The notes under the pieces were generated by a model that worked only from the letters and a program-made list of their open reading frames with translations, ran no database searches and was not told the origin of the DNA. Positions 1 to 12,800 of a stretch of DNA of 64,000 bases are shown here, piece by piece; within the stretch, counting starts at the first letter, position 1, and every line of letters begins with the position of its first letter. This stretch comes from Psammoneis japonica (Eukaryota). The stretch is from NCBI GenBank assembly GCA_008632985.1, contig QPGO01000081.1:62001-126000 (forward strand), given 5' to 3'. The position numbers and the translations under genes were made by a program.

Positions 1-1915
1 GTGCCCTGCACGCCCTCACTCTGTGTGCTTGTAACTTTTGCAAAGAAATAAAAATTTCGTGAATGACACCCCAATCAGGAGCCAGGGTGTTGGAGACATG
101 GTGCCTCAGGCGAAAATCCCGTTCACGGTGAGTCTCGTCCGCATCGTCGGGGTGTGGGGGCAGTGCCTCAAGTTCTGAACATTGCGGACAAAGGAAGAGT
201 TGTCGCAGCGACACTCCATCCCAAGTGGAAAAGTCCAATTGCAAAATTTCATAACACAAAGAAGGAACAGCACCACTGAAAGGCAACCACAAGCCTCTGT
301 GCGACACGAGAAGGACGAAATCCAAAGACTGGGCCTGCACAATCCGCCAGAAAAACTCCACCAACAGACAACGTCCAGCCAAAGGCACCATTGCACTGCA
401 CCACCGAGCCATCGCTGCCAACCATTGCACGAGAGTCAGCCAATGTTTCCGCTAGTTCAAACACTGACACGTGCAGCGTCAAGTCTTGAAACAGGGCCGA
501 TTCCCATTTGGGCAAAGAACGGACCCAAGCAACAAAATCACCCGGGACAGGGAGACACGGAGGAATGGATGCTTTAGAGAAAGATGATTGAAGATGCCAC
601 TTTCCATCATTGGTGGTGTCGATCAAAACAGGAGATGCCGAAGGCGACAAGTCCGGAACAGTCTCTGGGTGCCTCAAAGATTCTGCGCATCCGTCTCGGA
701 CGGGATGCACATTGCATCCGATGTCAGACCGGATGTGCAAAAACTGTTCGCTCGGTTCAAAGCAGGCCGGGAATTGCACGCGCATGTCGGCAGCAGCAAC
801 AATCCATTGTCCCAATGGATGTTTCAGCGAACAAGTGTCATCCCTGCAAAACATGGTGCACGCTCGACACCACTGCTTCCAAGCTCTGGGAGACGGAGAC
901 GGCTGCTCCACTGGGTTGTTCAATGAAAAACTGCTGAGGAGGGAGCGATCACCTGCCAATTTAAATGCATCAATGGATCGACCATCTGGAAGAGCAATGT
1001 CAGAAACCGTGAGCACATTGAGATGCAATCAACAGCAATTGATCCAGCGGATCTCTTTGTCAGAGAATTCACCAGACTCAAGTGCAACATAGAATTCACC
1101 AGACTCAAGTGCAACATCCATGATGCGCTGATCGTTGTCCCACTGAAGGGGCAACACACCCGCATCGTCCAAGTCGAGAGAGGCATTGGTCCGAGCCAGA
1201 AAAGATCGCAGAGACATGAACCATTTAGATTCGGAATGAGGCAGTTTGGAATGGACATCCACTGAAAAGCTGATGCCAGTGCCCAATTGAAACTGTGTCC
1301 AAGCCACCGTAATGCGTGACAAAACATTGGGTTGACCACTGCCGCACCAGTGCCGAACAAACTGCATGCATTGGGACATGCCTTGTTCCACGTCTAACGA
1401 CCGAAAACTGCCTCCACCAAGGGTACACGGACCAAAAAGCACGTCTCGTTTTGTGTTTCGGTTGTACCCGCACTTTGCAAAAATCGTCCGCATCGCTTTC
1501 CGCTGAACCTCCAACAATTCCTTTGGCAAGAAGTGAGCATTTGGGAGATTGTGAGACACAGACGACAAGCAGCAGACGAAGTGATGCATCCAAGCTTCGT
1601 GTCTGTCAAGAGGACACGCTCTAAGGAACAAAGCAATGTCATCGCTCTTCCTCTTTGACGCCAAGCATTGCATTTTCTGAGCACCAGCGGGAAACTTGCA
1701 GTGCCCTAAGGTCTTGTGAGATGAGTGAGCCGAAAGCTGGGTGCTGGACCTCTTGGCAGCACGGTCGGCGGAGAAAATTTCAATGTCAATTTCGTCATTA
1801 AAGGGGTGCAAGCAAGGTTCGCCATCCTCCGTGAAAATCCATTCGACAGCATGAAATGAGCATTTGGGAAGCTCCAGTTCGTGGCCAGCAGCATTGAGAA
1901 GGTCGCACCACATTT
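1..1915 (-). mobile_element. 5'-truncated, degenerate non-LTR retrotransposon (Ambal-like): RT C-terminus and RNase H; probably continues past the window start
   Basis: ORFs 1029..2465 (C-terminal part), 249..1028 and 106..396 carry AKCGYNRNTKRDVLFGP..GGGSFRSL, the RNase H motifs GSDGSV..GAFGW and SCRTEACG (S[Y]RAEA[Y]G), and CDN. They are collinear with the copy at 4590-7211. Frameshifts and stops are present. The family name is recalled, not searched. Confidence 0.75.
1064..1117. repeat. 27-bp exact tandem duplication inside the LINE
   Basis: agaattcaccagactcaagtgcaacat occurs at 1064-1090 and 1091-1117. Confidence 0.95.
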
Positions 1916-2465
1916 GGTTGTTGTTGCTGTTGCCATTGTGCCTCTCAATGAAATCAACAATGCAATCGCACAATTCCAGGGGAGCACCACGTGTGTCCAT
2001 GATCTTCTTGCACAACTCTGCGCAAGCTCCGTCAAGATTTGTCAAAGAGGGAGTAGAAGCCAAGGCCTCTTCTGCAGGAGCGTCATGCCTGGTGCCCAAA
2101 CGTTGATCCTCATCGTGAATGTTCTCTTCCTCCTCCATTGTCACGTCCAACACTGCAGCAAAGGATTGACCACCGCCAACATCCAAATCGTTCATTGCCA
2201 AAAGTTCAACTCCATGCATGCTGTGGTTTGATGAAATGGAGGACATGTCGTCCATTCCGTGCGGTGCGTCATCCTGGGAGGGGAACAAGGGGCTGCTGCT
2301 CGGATCACTCGTTGAAGATCTTGGGAATCTGCTGTGAGCAGATCGCCTTGGATGGGATTCATCATCATCAGAGGATGAAGAGGAAGAGCTGCCGCTTTCT
2401 TCGGGTGGCCCCTCTGTTGTGGCAGGAATGTCGCTTTGATCTGGGATCAGATCTTGGGTTTGCAA
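1916..2465 (-). pseudogene. N-terminal fragment of a putative Plavaka/CACTA-like transposase, interrupted by the LINE
   Basis: Acidic, Ser-rich N-terminus followed by ELCKKIMDTRGAPLELCDCIVDFIERH, which resembles the L..L...gAPLyLyD.I..w segment of diatom Plavaka-like transposases once C is read back as Y. TpA-depleted. Confidence 0.35.
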
Positions 2466-2799
2466 CTCTTGGGCAACTGAGTAAGACGTCGGTGAGTGTC
2501 TCCAATGGCAGGCTGTTCACAAAAAACTTTGGCCACAACCGGGACAGAGAAGAGGGTTTCCGTCCATTGTCAATCAGACAACATTGACAGGGCCTTCATC
2601 AAGACTCAGACTCATGCTCGTCATCCTTGTCTTGTGGATGAGAAGGGAAAAGAAGAACAACATGCAAAAAATGGCGGGAAATTGGCAAACATTACATTGT
2701 GTTCCAGATTGGGATGATTCTCACAGGTGTGACATGTCTGCATTTTGATTTTTTATCTGGCACTCACAATGAACATTGCACTTTTTATTTGCTGTCAAA

Positions 2800-4250
2800 A
2801 TGCAGAATGTTGTCTCCGTTGAAACGCAATGACAGCCATGCCAAAAAGCAAGTTGGACAATTCGTTGTCACACACAAACACACTTTCAAATTTCAATGTT
2901 GCTGACAACAATTCATGCAATGTCACAGAGAAAAACAGAGTGCCTGGCTGTCTCAACACGACCCAAACGACGGCTGCACTGTTGAACAGCACCACTCCTC
3001 TCATTGTTGCCGTGAATCTCCAGCACCACCGGCAAAGAAGAGAAAGAAAAATGAGACCATTGAGCCAATGAGCCCGAGACTTCAGGCAGTGTTGAAGAGA
3101 ACAAGCACACAGGCAGCGCATGGTGCACTGAAATCAGAAGTGGAGAAGGTGGCTGGAAATGATCTCTTTCCACAGGTGAAGTTTCTCAGTCCGTCAGAAT
3201 TGGCAAGCAATGAGAGCGTCTCAATGTTTGTCAAGAAACAGATTGCTGGTGGCAACATGGACACTTCAAATTGGTCAGGAACTTGGGAGGAATGGGCAAA
3301 AAAGGCGGTAAAAAGGCAAACCAACAATCGCAGAAACACGGTGTGTTCGGCCATTGGGGTGGAGGCTGTGGCCCGCAAGTTGAGTGACCAATGTGTGTGA
3401 TTCGAGAGTTGCGTGTATCTCACAATAAGATGACAGTGATGCTTTGTCTACACAGGCGTTGTCACTGAGGAAGAGGGAAAGGAAAAAGAAAAGAAACTCA
3501 AGGCGGCAGTCAGGAGGATAAAGCAATGCAGGAAAAAGTCAGGCCGTGACAAGAATGAAGAGAATGACACCCCGTTTGTGCCGACATGGGATCCGTTTGG
3601 CCTGGACACTGTCACCAGCGGCAAACGAAGGAACAAGCAGGCACGCAAGTGGTTCTGTGATCACATCCTACCTCAAACCAAGCAAAAGCAGGCATGGAGC
3701 AGCACCATCAAAACTGGGAACGCACAGGTCTCACAGTTGTTTGCGGTCGGTGACGAAGCTTTGGCGATGTTGGCTGTGGAGAATTGTTGGCAGGTGTGGG
3801 CATGCAGGAACAAGGAGGAGGCGGTGGAAGAATTTGGGTGAGGAAATGGAGCCCGAAGAAACAAGGCCTGCCCCTCGGTGCATGAAGCCAAAGAAACAAC
3901 GAGTGTCTTGGGGAGACGAAGGAATCAATCGGTTCAACGATTCATGCAAAGAGGTGACGAAAGACAGAGACTCCAAGGAGGGCAAGGAGTTTGAAAAGTG
4001 GCATGCGGAGATCAAGAAAAGCGAGCATGACAAGTCCGGAGAAGCAAAAAAGAAGAAGAAGAAAGCACCGACCGGTGATGTGGAGAAGGCCAAGGCAATG
4101 AACAGCCTGATGGTGGAGAGCAGCAGGGATGATGACAGCAACGACGATGAGCAGGAGGAAGGGGCAAAAGGCAAAACGGACGACGGAGGAGACGAGTCCA
4201 ATGGAGACGAGTCCGATGATGATTGGCAGCTCAGTTTGAGAGAGTTGCAG
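2800..4250 (+). pseudogene. Degenerate intron-containing transposon accessory ORF (CACTA/Plavaka ORF2-like), divergent from the fragment at 1916-2465; boundaries approximate
   Basis: ORF 2915..3400 joins in frame to ORF 3578..3841 across an intron at 3375..3455 (gcaagt...cacag). Motifs FCDHILP, SQLFAVGDEALAMLAVENCW and SWGDEGINRFNDSCKEV..DR, then a Lys/acidic tail. Frameshifted and TpA-depleted. Confidence 0.45.
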
Positions 4251-4589
4251 CAAGAAAATGTGTGCACAGTTGACATGGCACTCGGTCATTGCACTGCAGA
4301 CGTAACGAGGGATTGACCCAACCGATGAAATGATTTCTTGATTAAAACAATGTTTGTGAAAATTAACAAACCAAGGATTGTGTGGAAATGCAACCACGAA
4401 CTGGCATGTGGCAACAAGGTGGAGGCAGAAACAGTGATGTGGGCACAGTGAAAAATGGCGTGCACAATTCTCAATGAGTCATTGCAATGTTGGTGTGCCA
4501 AACTTGCAACCAGAGGTTGGCCTTCAATCATGTGACAATGATTTTTTGCAATGTTTTGACAAATTGTCATCATGCAAATCTGCACATTT

Positions 4590-7211
4590 TTAACATTTCA
4601 TGCACTCTGATGACTGCTTTGCGTGCCACCTGGCCTCCACCACGCATGTCCTTCCGAGTGCACATTTTCAGCCGAAAGATTTGCTTGAGATTCAACGAAG
4701 GGCTGTGCGAACTACATTTGCTAAGTGCGGCTACAACCGCAATGCCAAGCGGGATGTTTCATGCGGACCGCACACCTTGGGAGGTGGAGGATTCCGTTCT
4801 CTTGATGTGGAGCAGGTTGTCGCTCAATGTTTGCAGTTCCTTCGACACTGGCACGGAACTGGACAACCTCATGCTTTGTCCCACATTGCAGTGGCATGGA
4901 CACAGTTTCAGCTTGGAACAGGGTCCAGTTTTCTGCACGATGTAAACACAAAACTCCCACACTCCGAGTCCAAATGGTTTGTGTCAATGAGATCCTTTCT
5001 CGCCCGCATGGATGCTCACTTCAAACTGGACTTCACTGGCGTCCTTCCTGCACAACGAGAGAATGATCAATGCATCATGGACGTGGCACTGGAGTCTGAT
5101 CTTTTCTCTGAAAAAGAGATTGGGTGGGTGAATCATTGCAGGCTGTTCCTTCGGGTGCTTGCTGTTTCAGATGTTGCTCTTCCCGATGGTCGACATTTGG
5201 ACGATTTCAAGTTGAAAGGGCAAACTTCCCTTGTGAGTGGCACGTCATCACTCAATCCAGTCGAACAGGTGCGCCCATCTACTCGCACATGGAAACAATG
5301 GAACCGGGTGATGGCTCTGTTGTGCGACGATGGCACCTCCATCCTCCGAACCCCTTTAGGTCAATGGACCGTTCCGGCCTCCAAGATGCACATGCTTCAT
5401 CCTGCCCATTGCAAGCCCTTCAAAGAGTTTTTGTGCGTCCGCTCTGATGCGGGCCATCAAGTGTTTCCAGTCAAGGATGCGTGCGCTGAAACACTGCAGC
5501 AGTTGGAGACGGTTCCAGATCTATCTCCACTGGCATCACCTGTCATGGTGGACACGACTCTAGACGGCAGATGGTGCGTAAGATCCACTGCATCCCCAGT
5601 GAAGATGCCTCCAACAATTCCCATCCTCGGGGACTTCCGCGAATGGCTGCGGTCCTTGTCGTCATGGGAGTCAACCCTGTTCAGTGCGCTGACCATGCAC
5701 ACATCGGTGTTCAAAATGGCGGAGTCCCTTGGGCGCTTCTGTGCAGAAGCAGGAGGTGACGGCTCTGTGTTGCATTTTAGTGGCACCTTTGGCTGGACGC
5801 TGGCAGTCAATGGAGTGATTCTGGTGGATTGTGCAGGACCGGTCTTTGGATTCCGACCGTCCTCGTGTCGTGCAGAAGCACACGGATTTTCATCAGTTCT
5901 CCGCTTTCTGATTCGAGTGCTGGATTTTTGCAACTGTCATTTTTCTCACGGTGTGGTTGCCTGTTGTGACAACTCCTCTCTGGTGCACAACGTTGCCAAC
6001 CTTCATTCTCCTCCACCACTTCCATTGGATGCAGATGATTCACAACGACAACAAGATTTTCATTCTCGGAATCACATTGCTGACACGTTGGCGCCAGACT
6101 GGGACGTCATCCACGAGATCTTTGATTCACTAACAAGTTTGGAGGCCCAACACAACGGACACCCTGAAAGCAACGTGGTCAACATGACGTGGATTAAAAG
6201 CCATCAGGATGACAACACTCCGTTCGAGTCCCTCCCGTTTCCAGCCAAATTGAATGTTAGAGCTGATGGGTTGGCAGGTTCGTTTCAGGGTCAATGCATG
6301 GAGACACCTTGATGGCTCCTCGAATGCCCCATTGTCATGCACTGCTGAATGTCCAGTCGGCATCGGTGAACTCGAAGTTTAAATCAGTTCTCCATTGCAA
6401 AGCTTCCAGCCCAGCTCTGATCCAATGCATGCAGGAGAAGTGCGGATGGTCTGACTCAGTGTGCGAATCTGTTGATTGGAAAGTTCACTCCAAACTGATG
6501 TCTCGCAACATCCGACGAAAGGTGAGCACCGTGAAATTGGTTCAGGATCTGCTGCTGACGAACAAGATTGTCCACAGATGCAACCCCACATGCCCCGACT
6601 GCTGCGTGCACTGCCAACATCCCCTCAAAGACAGCGATCACATTCTGCGTTGTGCCCACAATGCATCGTGGTGGCGCACTTTTCTCCAAGGATTGTGGAA
6701 GAAATGTGACGACACACACACTTCCCCGTCCACACGAGACCTGTTGTTGCATGCCTTGGAAGGTTGGTTCAATGAGGACCTGCTCTGTTCTGCCCACATC
6801 CATCACAGTGTCACAGAGCTGTTTCAATCTCAAGATGACATTGGTTGGTGCCACATTTTCAGCGGGCGTTTCTCCTCTCTGTGGAATGAGGCACAAACGT
6901 CATGCCTGAAGTCCTCTGGCTTGTGTTGCTCCTCATCCGATGAAGACAAAAGATTAGACTGGATGGCAACTGTTGGCAGTTGTGTGTGGTCACAATGGTG
7001 GGAATTGTGGGACTCCCACAATGATGCAGTGCACGGACACAATTCAGAGACAAGAAAGTCCTCGCAAAGACGGGACACAGAGGCAGAGGTTAAAGAGATC
7101 CACTCTGGGGCAGACGAGCACTTGGCCCAGGATCGAGCAGAGTTGTTTGCTTCGGCAGATGAAAATCTCACCCATCCCACCACAGACTCCGAAACTGGCT
7201 CGCCATGGTAA
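4590..7211 (+). mobile_element. 5'-truncated, degenerate non-LTR retrotransposon (Ambal-like): RT tail, RNase H and C-terminal Cys-rich region
   Basis: ORF 4600..6312 has GGDGSV, SSCRAEAHG, CCDN, WIKSHQDD and AKLNVRADGLA (RNase H). ORF 6294..7211 has CxxC..DHILRC and QDDIGW..IFSGRFS..W. Homologous to the copy at 1-1915 in opposite orientation; the 3' end is not defined. Confidence 0.8.
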
Positions 7212-9139
7212 AACCAATGTTTGAGTCGAGCATTTGAGAGGCCCGGCGTCTGGCTGTTAGAGGCACCCGCACCATCGCAAGCCACTTTGGCGCGGCATCA
7301 CCTGAGGGTGATGCCGATCTTGGCCAATTGTCACATGCTCCTGCCACACCTGGTGTGCTGGGAGTGTGGGTTGGCTTGTTGCCGGAGTTGCAGGGTGGAA
7401 GCGCAGCAGCACTTAAAATTAGACTTTGGGTTTTGTTTTGTTTTTCTCCTTCCCCAAGGAAGCATTCACACAAATGATGACTCCTGGACCAGTGTGAATT
7501 GTTTCTGCCTTTTTTCTGGGCTTCCTGATGTCCAGCAGAGCATGCAATTTGTGAACAGACCAATGTCATTCTTCGGATTCACTCTGGATCATCCGATCAA
7601 ATTGGCAATTTTCTTCACTGAGGGCATCAGAATTTGATTCTTTGCCCTTGTGCTCTTTTTCTTTGTTCAAGGAACTCGCTTTGAGTGTTTTTTTGAACCG
7701 CCTGATCAACCATGACATTCAACTCTTTTTTTGCGAGTGGCATTTTCGTCATCGCGACGCCACGTGCGATTGCCATTTGAACGGTGCCGTTTCGGATCAC
7801 GCTCAATGTGTCCACGGCATTCTTTCACTAGTTCATTTTTAGAACAGCTTCAATCCGTGATGCAGGTGTTCTTTTTTCAAAGATTGCACCTTTTGTTCAC
7901 TTTGGATTGTTCAGGCACCACACAGGAGACCATTTTGGAACCAAGTTTGGAGCCATTTTGGATTTGGAATCAACTTTGCTGTCAGCGCCTGATTTGACAC
8001 ATTTTTTCGTCATGGACGTCTTCAACGACCTTTAGATGACTCAAAACTTAATCAGCTCATCAAGGATGAGTTGCAACAGTTGATTGTTTTGGACAGTAGA
8101 CTGATGCTGCCATCCTTGCGGTGCGAGTGACAGCTGACATCTCAGCGCTTGGTTTCCCGCTAGATTCGACTTAGAACAGATTGAAGGGTCGCAGAGACGC
8201 TCTTCGTTGACCTCTTGGGTCTAGCAGGCACTCTCTTGCTGCTGAGAGCCTTTGGTTTCTTCAGATCGTCTCGAAAACAACAACTCGGATTCTGAAGTGC
8301 AACTTCTTGGAAGACATGAGACAAGAGACACTTGAGGTGCTTTTCAATGCTTTCTTCTTGGTCTTCAGACTTGAAGCTTGTTGATTCGGTCTCCTTGTTT
8401 TCTCCAACAGTCTCTCCTTGCATGGCAGATGCATTTCTCAGACCTGATTGACTCGTGACCTGAAATTCTATCCAACCATGACTTGGTGTAGATGTTTCAA
8501 AAATGCTGTGCACTTGTGGAGTCCTTGGTCCTGAGGCACTTGGAATGGATTATGTCAGAGCGAACCCTCTTGTCTTGCAGACAAAAAACAGTGTTCCATC
8601 TTGAGGCATTGCTCGAATTGAGCTGCTTCCGCTTGGAAATCAATTCCAGCAGAACTCATGCATTTCATGCCTGCTCATGGAAGAATTTGCAAAGGCACAC
8701 TAGTTAAAATTTTCATTTTCCGTGTTTTTACCTTCTGTGGTGTGTATGCACAATGCACTGTGCTCGAAGAATGAGCACAAACGAAAGTAGAATCAAGCAT
8801 GAAAAGTGAAAATTATGAGATTAAATTTTGCTCTGTGATTTTTGGTTTCTCCGAATGAGTTCTCAATGGCCCAAAGCTTCTGCACTGCTTCTACAGACAA
8901 AAGGCCTTTCGGAGAATGTGTTCGTGACAACAGATTGTCCAGATGTGATTGCCATTGACACGCAAGATGTCAACATCGTCAATCAATCGCACTTGCAATT
9001 TTCGACATCCGATCAACTCTGTGTGATCGTTCTGTCCTTTGCACGCATCCACGACTGTGGTGCAATTGACACACAAATGACATGTAATTGCAAATGTGCA
9101 CATGACAGTCGCATGCTGCAGGAGGTCGTGTGGGTCAAC

Positions 9140-11846
9140 CATCATTGACTCATGGCAGTTGCCGGCTCGTGGGTTGCAAGGGGGCAGACGAGAATGCTCA
9201 AGGATGATCACCTTGGAGGAATGGGGCAACGAATCCCAGATCCGTTGGTGGTCGGGAGGGGGACATTTCCATTGGTGCTGGCAAGGCTGGGACTGCGGGC
9301 ACAGGCAGTGTTGGCCTGAAGGATGTCAATGTCACTGTCGATGTCACAGTCAGAACACATCATTGGATGGCTCCTCGGAGCCACAATGTTGATCGCATGT
9401 GAGGCTCTTGCCACTCTGCGTGCAATGTTGATCAGCTTGGTTCTTGATGGCGCAAAGTTCCTCGACAGGATGTGCGGCATTCTCAAGCATGACGTGCTTC
9501 TGTCCTTCAGAGAAGTGGTCACTGGCCGGGATGAGGGCCTCGCACTTGCGCAACTGATCCTGCCAATGAAGGATGAACCCATGGGTCAGACCTTTCCAAG
9601 TGCCATCACCAAGGCGTGCGGTGGTGAGGTGCATGAGCAAGGTGGAGGACTTGACAGATGCACGGGTGGAGGCAAGCGCACACTCGGACAAGGCGCAGCA
9701 GATGGTCTGGGCGTCAGAAGACCCCACATTTTTGCGAATGAGAGCCTTGCCCTTGTCGGTGAGAAAGATGTGTTTGAAGACTGCGAACATGTGCTTTTGC
9801 TGTTCAGCAAAGAGCAGTTTGTCTTCAGGACTGGTTGGTTTGTGTGTCGAGTCTAGAATGCACTCAACGTCTTGGGCACGGGCTTGCACCACAAATGAGG
9901 TGTGCCAAGTGTGCCACTGCTTGTCGGACTTGAGAGCCGTGAAAGCAGTGTTGGGGTCACGCTTGATGCCTCACTTGAAGTCTCGCACTGGGTCGCGTGC
10001 CTTGGTGGGGCCAGTGACGTGCGGAGGTGCAAGAGGTGAGCTGCCGATGGACACAGAAGACATGCAGTCGACGGGATTCCAGTCTCAGGTGGGACTTTTT
10101 GTGACATTGGGCCCGCAGAATTCCACATGTGCAAGCTCCATGGTAAAATTGTCAAGCAATGAAAATGTGAATGATCACCAACAGAAAAAGAGGCAATTTT
10201 GCGAGTGCATCTCCTCCTCCACACTTGAAGCACATTGTTGACAGCATGCCCGGGTGCATTCTTCAGACATTCAAGAACATGCCCAGCGCATTTTTGTTGT
10301 CATAAATGCAGAAAACAGAAAGCCTTTGGCTTTGCAAAACAGGCAATGTGGAACAATTTTTTACAATGGAACACGTGGAAATGTGCATGCGAAACATGCG
10401 ACAGATGACAAAAAATGATTGGCTGTGTCACAGTCCAGCAATGCGAGGTCCCACCTAGAGCTGGAATGCGTCAGTCGGGGCTGAGGCGGCAGGCAAGGAA
10501 CTCATCATGCGTGAACAACGAAGAGTCATTGGCAACATCAAGGCCCTTGTGTGCTTTGACAATGCACAGACCAGCCAGAGCTGCCAACATGTTCTTGTGA
10601 CCTCGGGGCAATGGGACCACATTGGTGCCGTTGTCGCACTCGAGCAAGTCGATTTGGGAAAGCATGAACATGAACAGTTCTTGGTGCGAGTCCGTGTCGT
10701 CGTGGGCCAGAGCCAAACGAAGAGGACTTCCAGCACCTTGGGCAAGCACAGTTCCAACAACGTGTCCAAAACCATTGGTTTGTTGCTGACCAGTGAGAAC
10801 CATGTTGGACAAAAGCGGTGTCAGGGCAAGCGATTCTTGTTGTTGGGACACAGAGGCAGACTTGAAACTTGGGTTGGAATGGACTTGACTTGAAATGGAC
10901 TTGACTTGAAATCTTGAACTGTGTTAAAATCAGAAGTCGCCGGGCTGTGCTATCCCGTTTGTTGTCAAGTGCTAAACTTCAAATCCGGTCCGCAGAGTTG
11001 TGCCGGCACGTCCGAACCCGCAGCCAGCGGCGCTTTGGGTTGCTTGCAAGTGGAGCAGTGGGTTGTAAACCCCTGCAGGCAAGCTGACTAGAGGTGGACA
11101 AGACCCCCGAACCATTCTTGTTTTGTGTTGGTTGGATTTCCCGATCAGGCGCTGTGGACGAACGAACAAACGTGGGAAAACACCCTCGCCCCAACGCAGG
11201 CTGCAATCATGGCTGCTTGCTCTCACAGTTGTCCTCATGGACCCAGCAGAACTGTGGAGCACCAGCAGTCCAGGGCAGATCAGGTGCAACAGACTCGGTG
11301 TGCTTGTAGAGTGGCAGCAAAGCCGGAGTCCAAAGAGTGGGTTCAAGTTCTTGGCCGTGAAGACATGCATGTAATTGGTGACGAAGATCCTTGAACATGT
11401 GGGGTTCTTGACCATCAACCGTTGAATGTGCACACAAGGCGATGAGGATCAAGAACAGATTTGAACACAACTGTTGAGTGTGTGTCTTCAGCGACAAAAG
11501 GTGGTGTGATCAATCCAGACATCCAGCGGCAAGGAGACTTGACGGTGACGTTAAATTCCTGCCATGCTGGCATTGAATGCGCGCAGACTTGCCGACGCAC
11601 ACGTAGAACATGCACGGAGGTCCACGCAGAATTGAAACAGCATCGTCGGTAGATCAACGATGATGATGGCGGTTGCTCAATGGGTTGACAATGAGCAAGA
11701 CTGTCAATCTGACAGAAATTGAAGGGCAAATGGCAAGAATTCAAACAACAACTCCTTGCTGCTGTCTAAACAGCAGATGAGTCTCCGCTCAGAGACCACT
11801 GCAGGAGCCGAAAGACGTGTGAGTCGGTGTGATGGGCTGCTGTCAT
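9140..11846 (-). mobile_element. Truncated second copy of the Copia element at 14510-21601 (partial 5' LTR, 5' UTR, gag)
   Basis: Direct alignment to about 19060-21465. The LTR boundary tgacagaaatt is at 11710 and similarity stops near 11846. Has an internal deletion near 9380 and a MITE at 10070-10472. Confidence 0.92.
10070..10472. mobile_element. 403-bp non-autonomous TIR element (MITE) with a 4-bp TSD
   Basis: Absent from the sister Copia (gacatgcagtcgggg at about 20066-20080). Imperfect TIRs gacgggattccagtctcaggtgggac / gtcccacctagagctggaatgcgtc. TSD agtc at 10066-10069 and 10473-10476. Confidence 0.85.
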
Positions 11847-12800
11847 CAAGCGCGATTTCACATTGACGATCTGCTGTCGAGTCACGTGAATCCCAAAGCA
11901 AATGACAAGTTTCTCAAGTGGTTGAACAGAGAATGTGGAAGCCATGGCAAGGTCATGGCAACAAGAGGAAAGAAACATGATTGCCTTGGCATGACACTGG
12001 ATTTCACCGAAAAAGGAAAACTCAAGGTGGACATGAGAAAATGCACAGGATCAATGATTGATGACTTCCCGGAAAAGATTAAATGCACAGATTCCGCAAT
12101 GACACCTGCAGGAGAGAACCTGTTCGAGGCAGGCGGCACAAGACTGAACCAAGAGAAAGCACAAACGTTCCATGTGTGGGTGGCCAAAGGACCATTTTCA
12201 TCCAAGAGGGGCACATGGACATGCACCCTGCAACATCATTGCCATGCATGCGAATGAGGGAACCCACAGTTAAAGACTGGGCAAAGTTGGTCCGGTGCCT
12301 GAAACATTTGAATCAGACAAGGAACGAAGTGGCAACGCCAAGTGCCAAAAACCTCCGAGCAGTGAAGTGGTGCATGGACGCATCATTCGCGGTGCACCCA
12401 GATTTCAAGAGCCACGCCGGAGGAGCAATGACTGTGGGCAATGGAGCCATGCAAGCTGAGCTGGTTGGAGTTGACAACGTGATGACTGTGATCCTGTGGA
12501 CGAAGCCATTCATGGAGCACCAAGGACATCCGTCAACAAGAACACGCCACACCAGGACAACAAGAGCGCAATCTTGTTGGAGACCAATGGTTGCCGCAGT
12601 GCCGGCAAATGTTCCAGGGCACTCAACACAAGACACTTTTTTGCATGCAACCAAGTCAAGAAGGGCAACCTGACAATTGAACACTGCCCTGCAGATGCAA
12701 TGATTGGGGACTTTGTGACCAAGCCATTGCAAGGCAAGAAATTTTGCAAGTTTGAACAAGCCGCAATGGGGTGCCAAGGACCCAAAGGCAACAGGAGTGG
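11847..12800 (+). mobile_element. RT-RNase H fragment of a different Ty1/Copia family, degenerate
   Basis: Motifs FHIDDLLSSH, KKHDCLGMTLDF, KWCMDASFAVHPDFKSH, HQDNKSAILLE and IEHCPADAMIGDFVTKPLQG across frameshifted ORFs 11829..12834. Confidence 0.88.

Noticed and set aside
1029..2465. 478-aa ORF as one protein
   Set aside because: Chance in-frame chimera of a transposase-like N-terminus and the inserted LINE at about 1915.
7450..9100. Gene or TE call for short minus-strand ORFs (e.g. 8160..8513)
   Set aside because: Partly TpA-depleted and fragmentary, with no motif I could assign.
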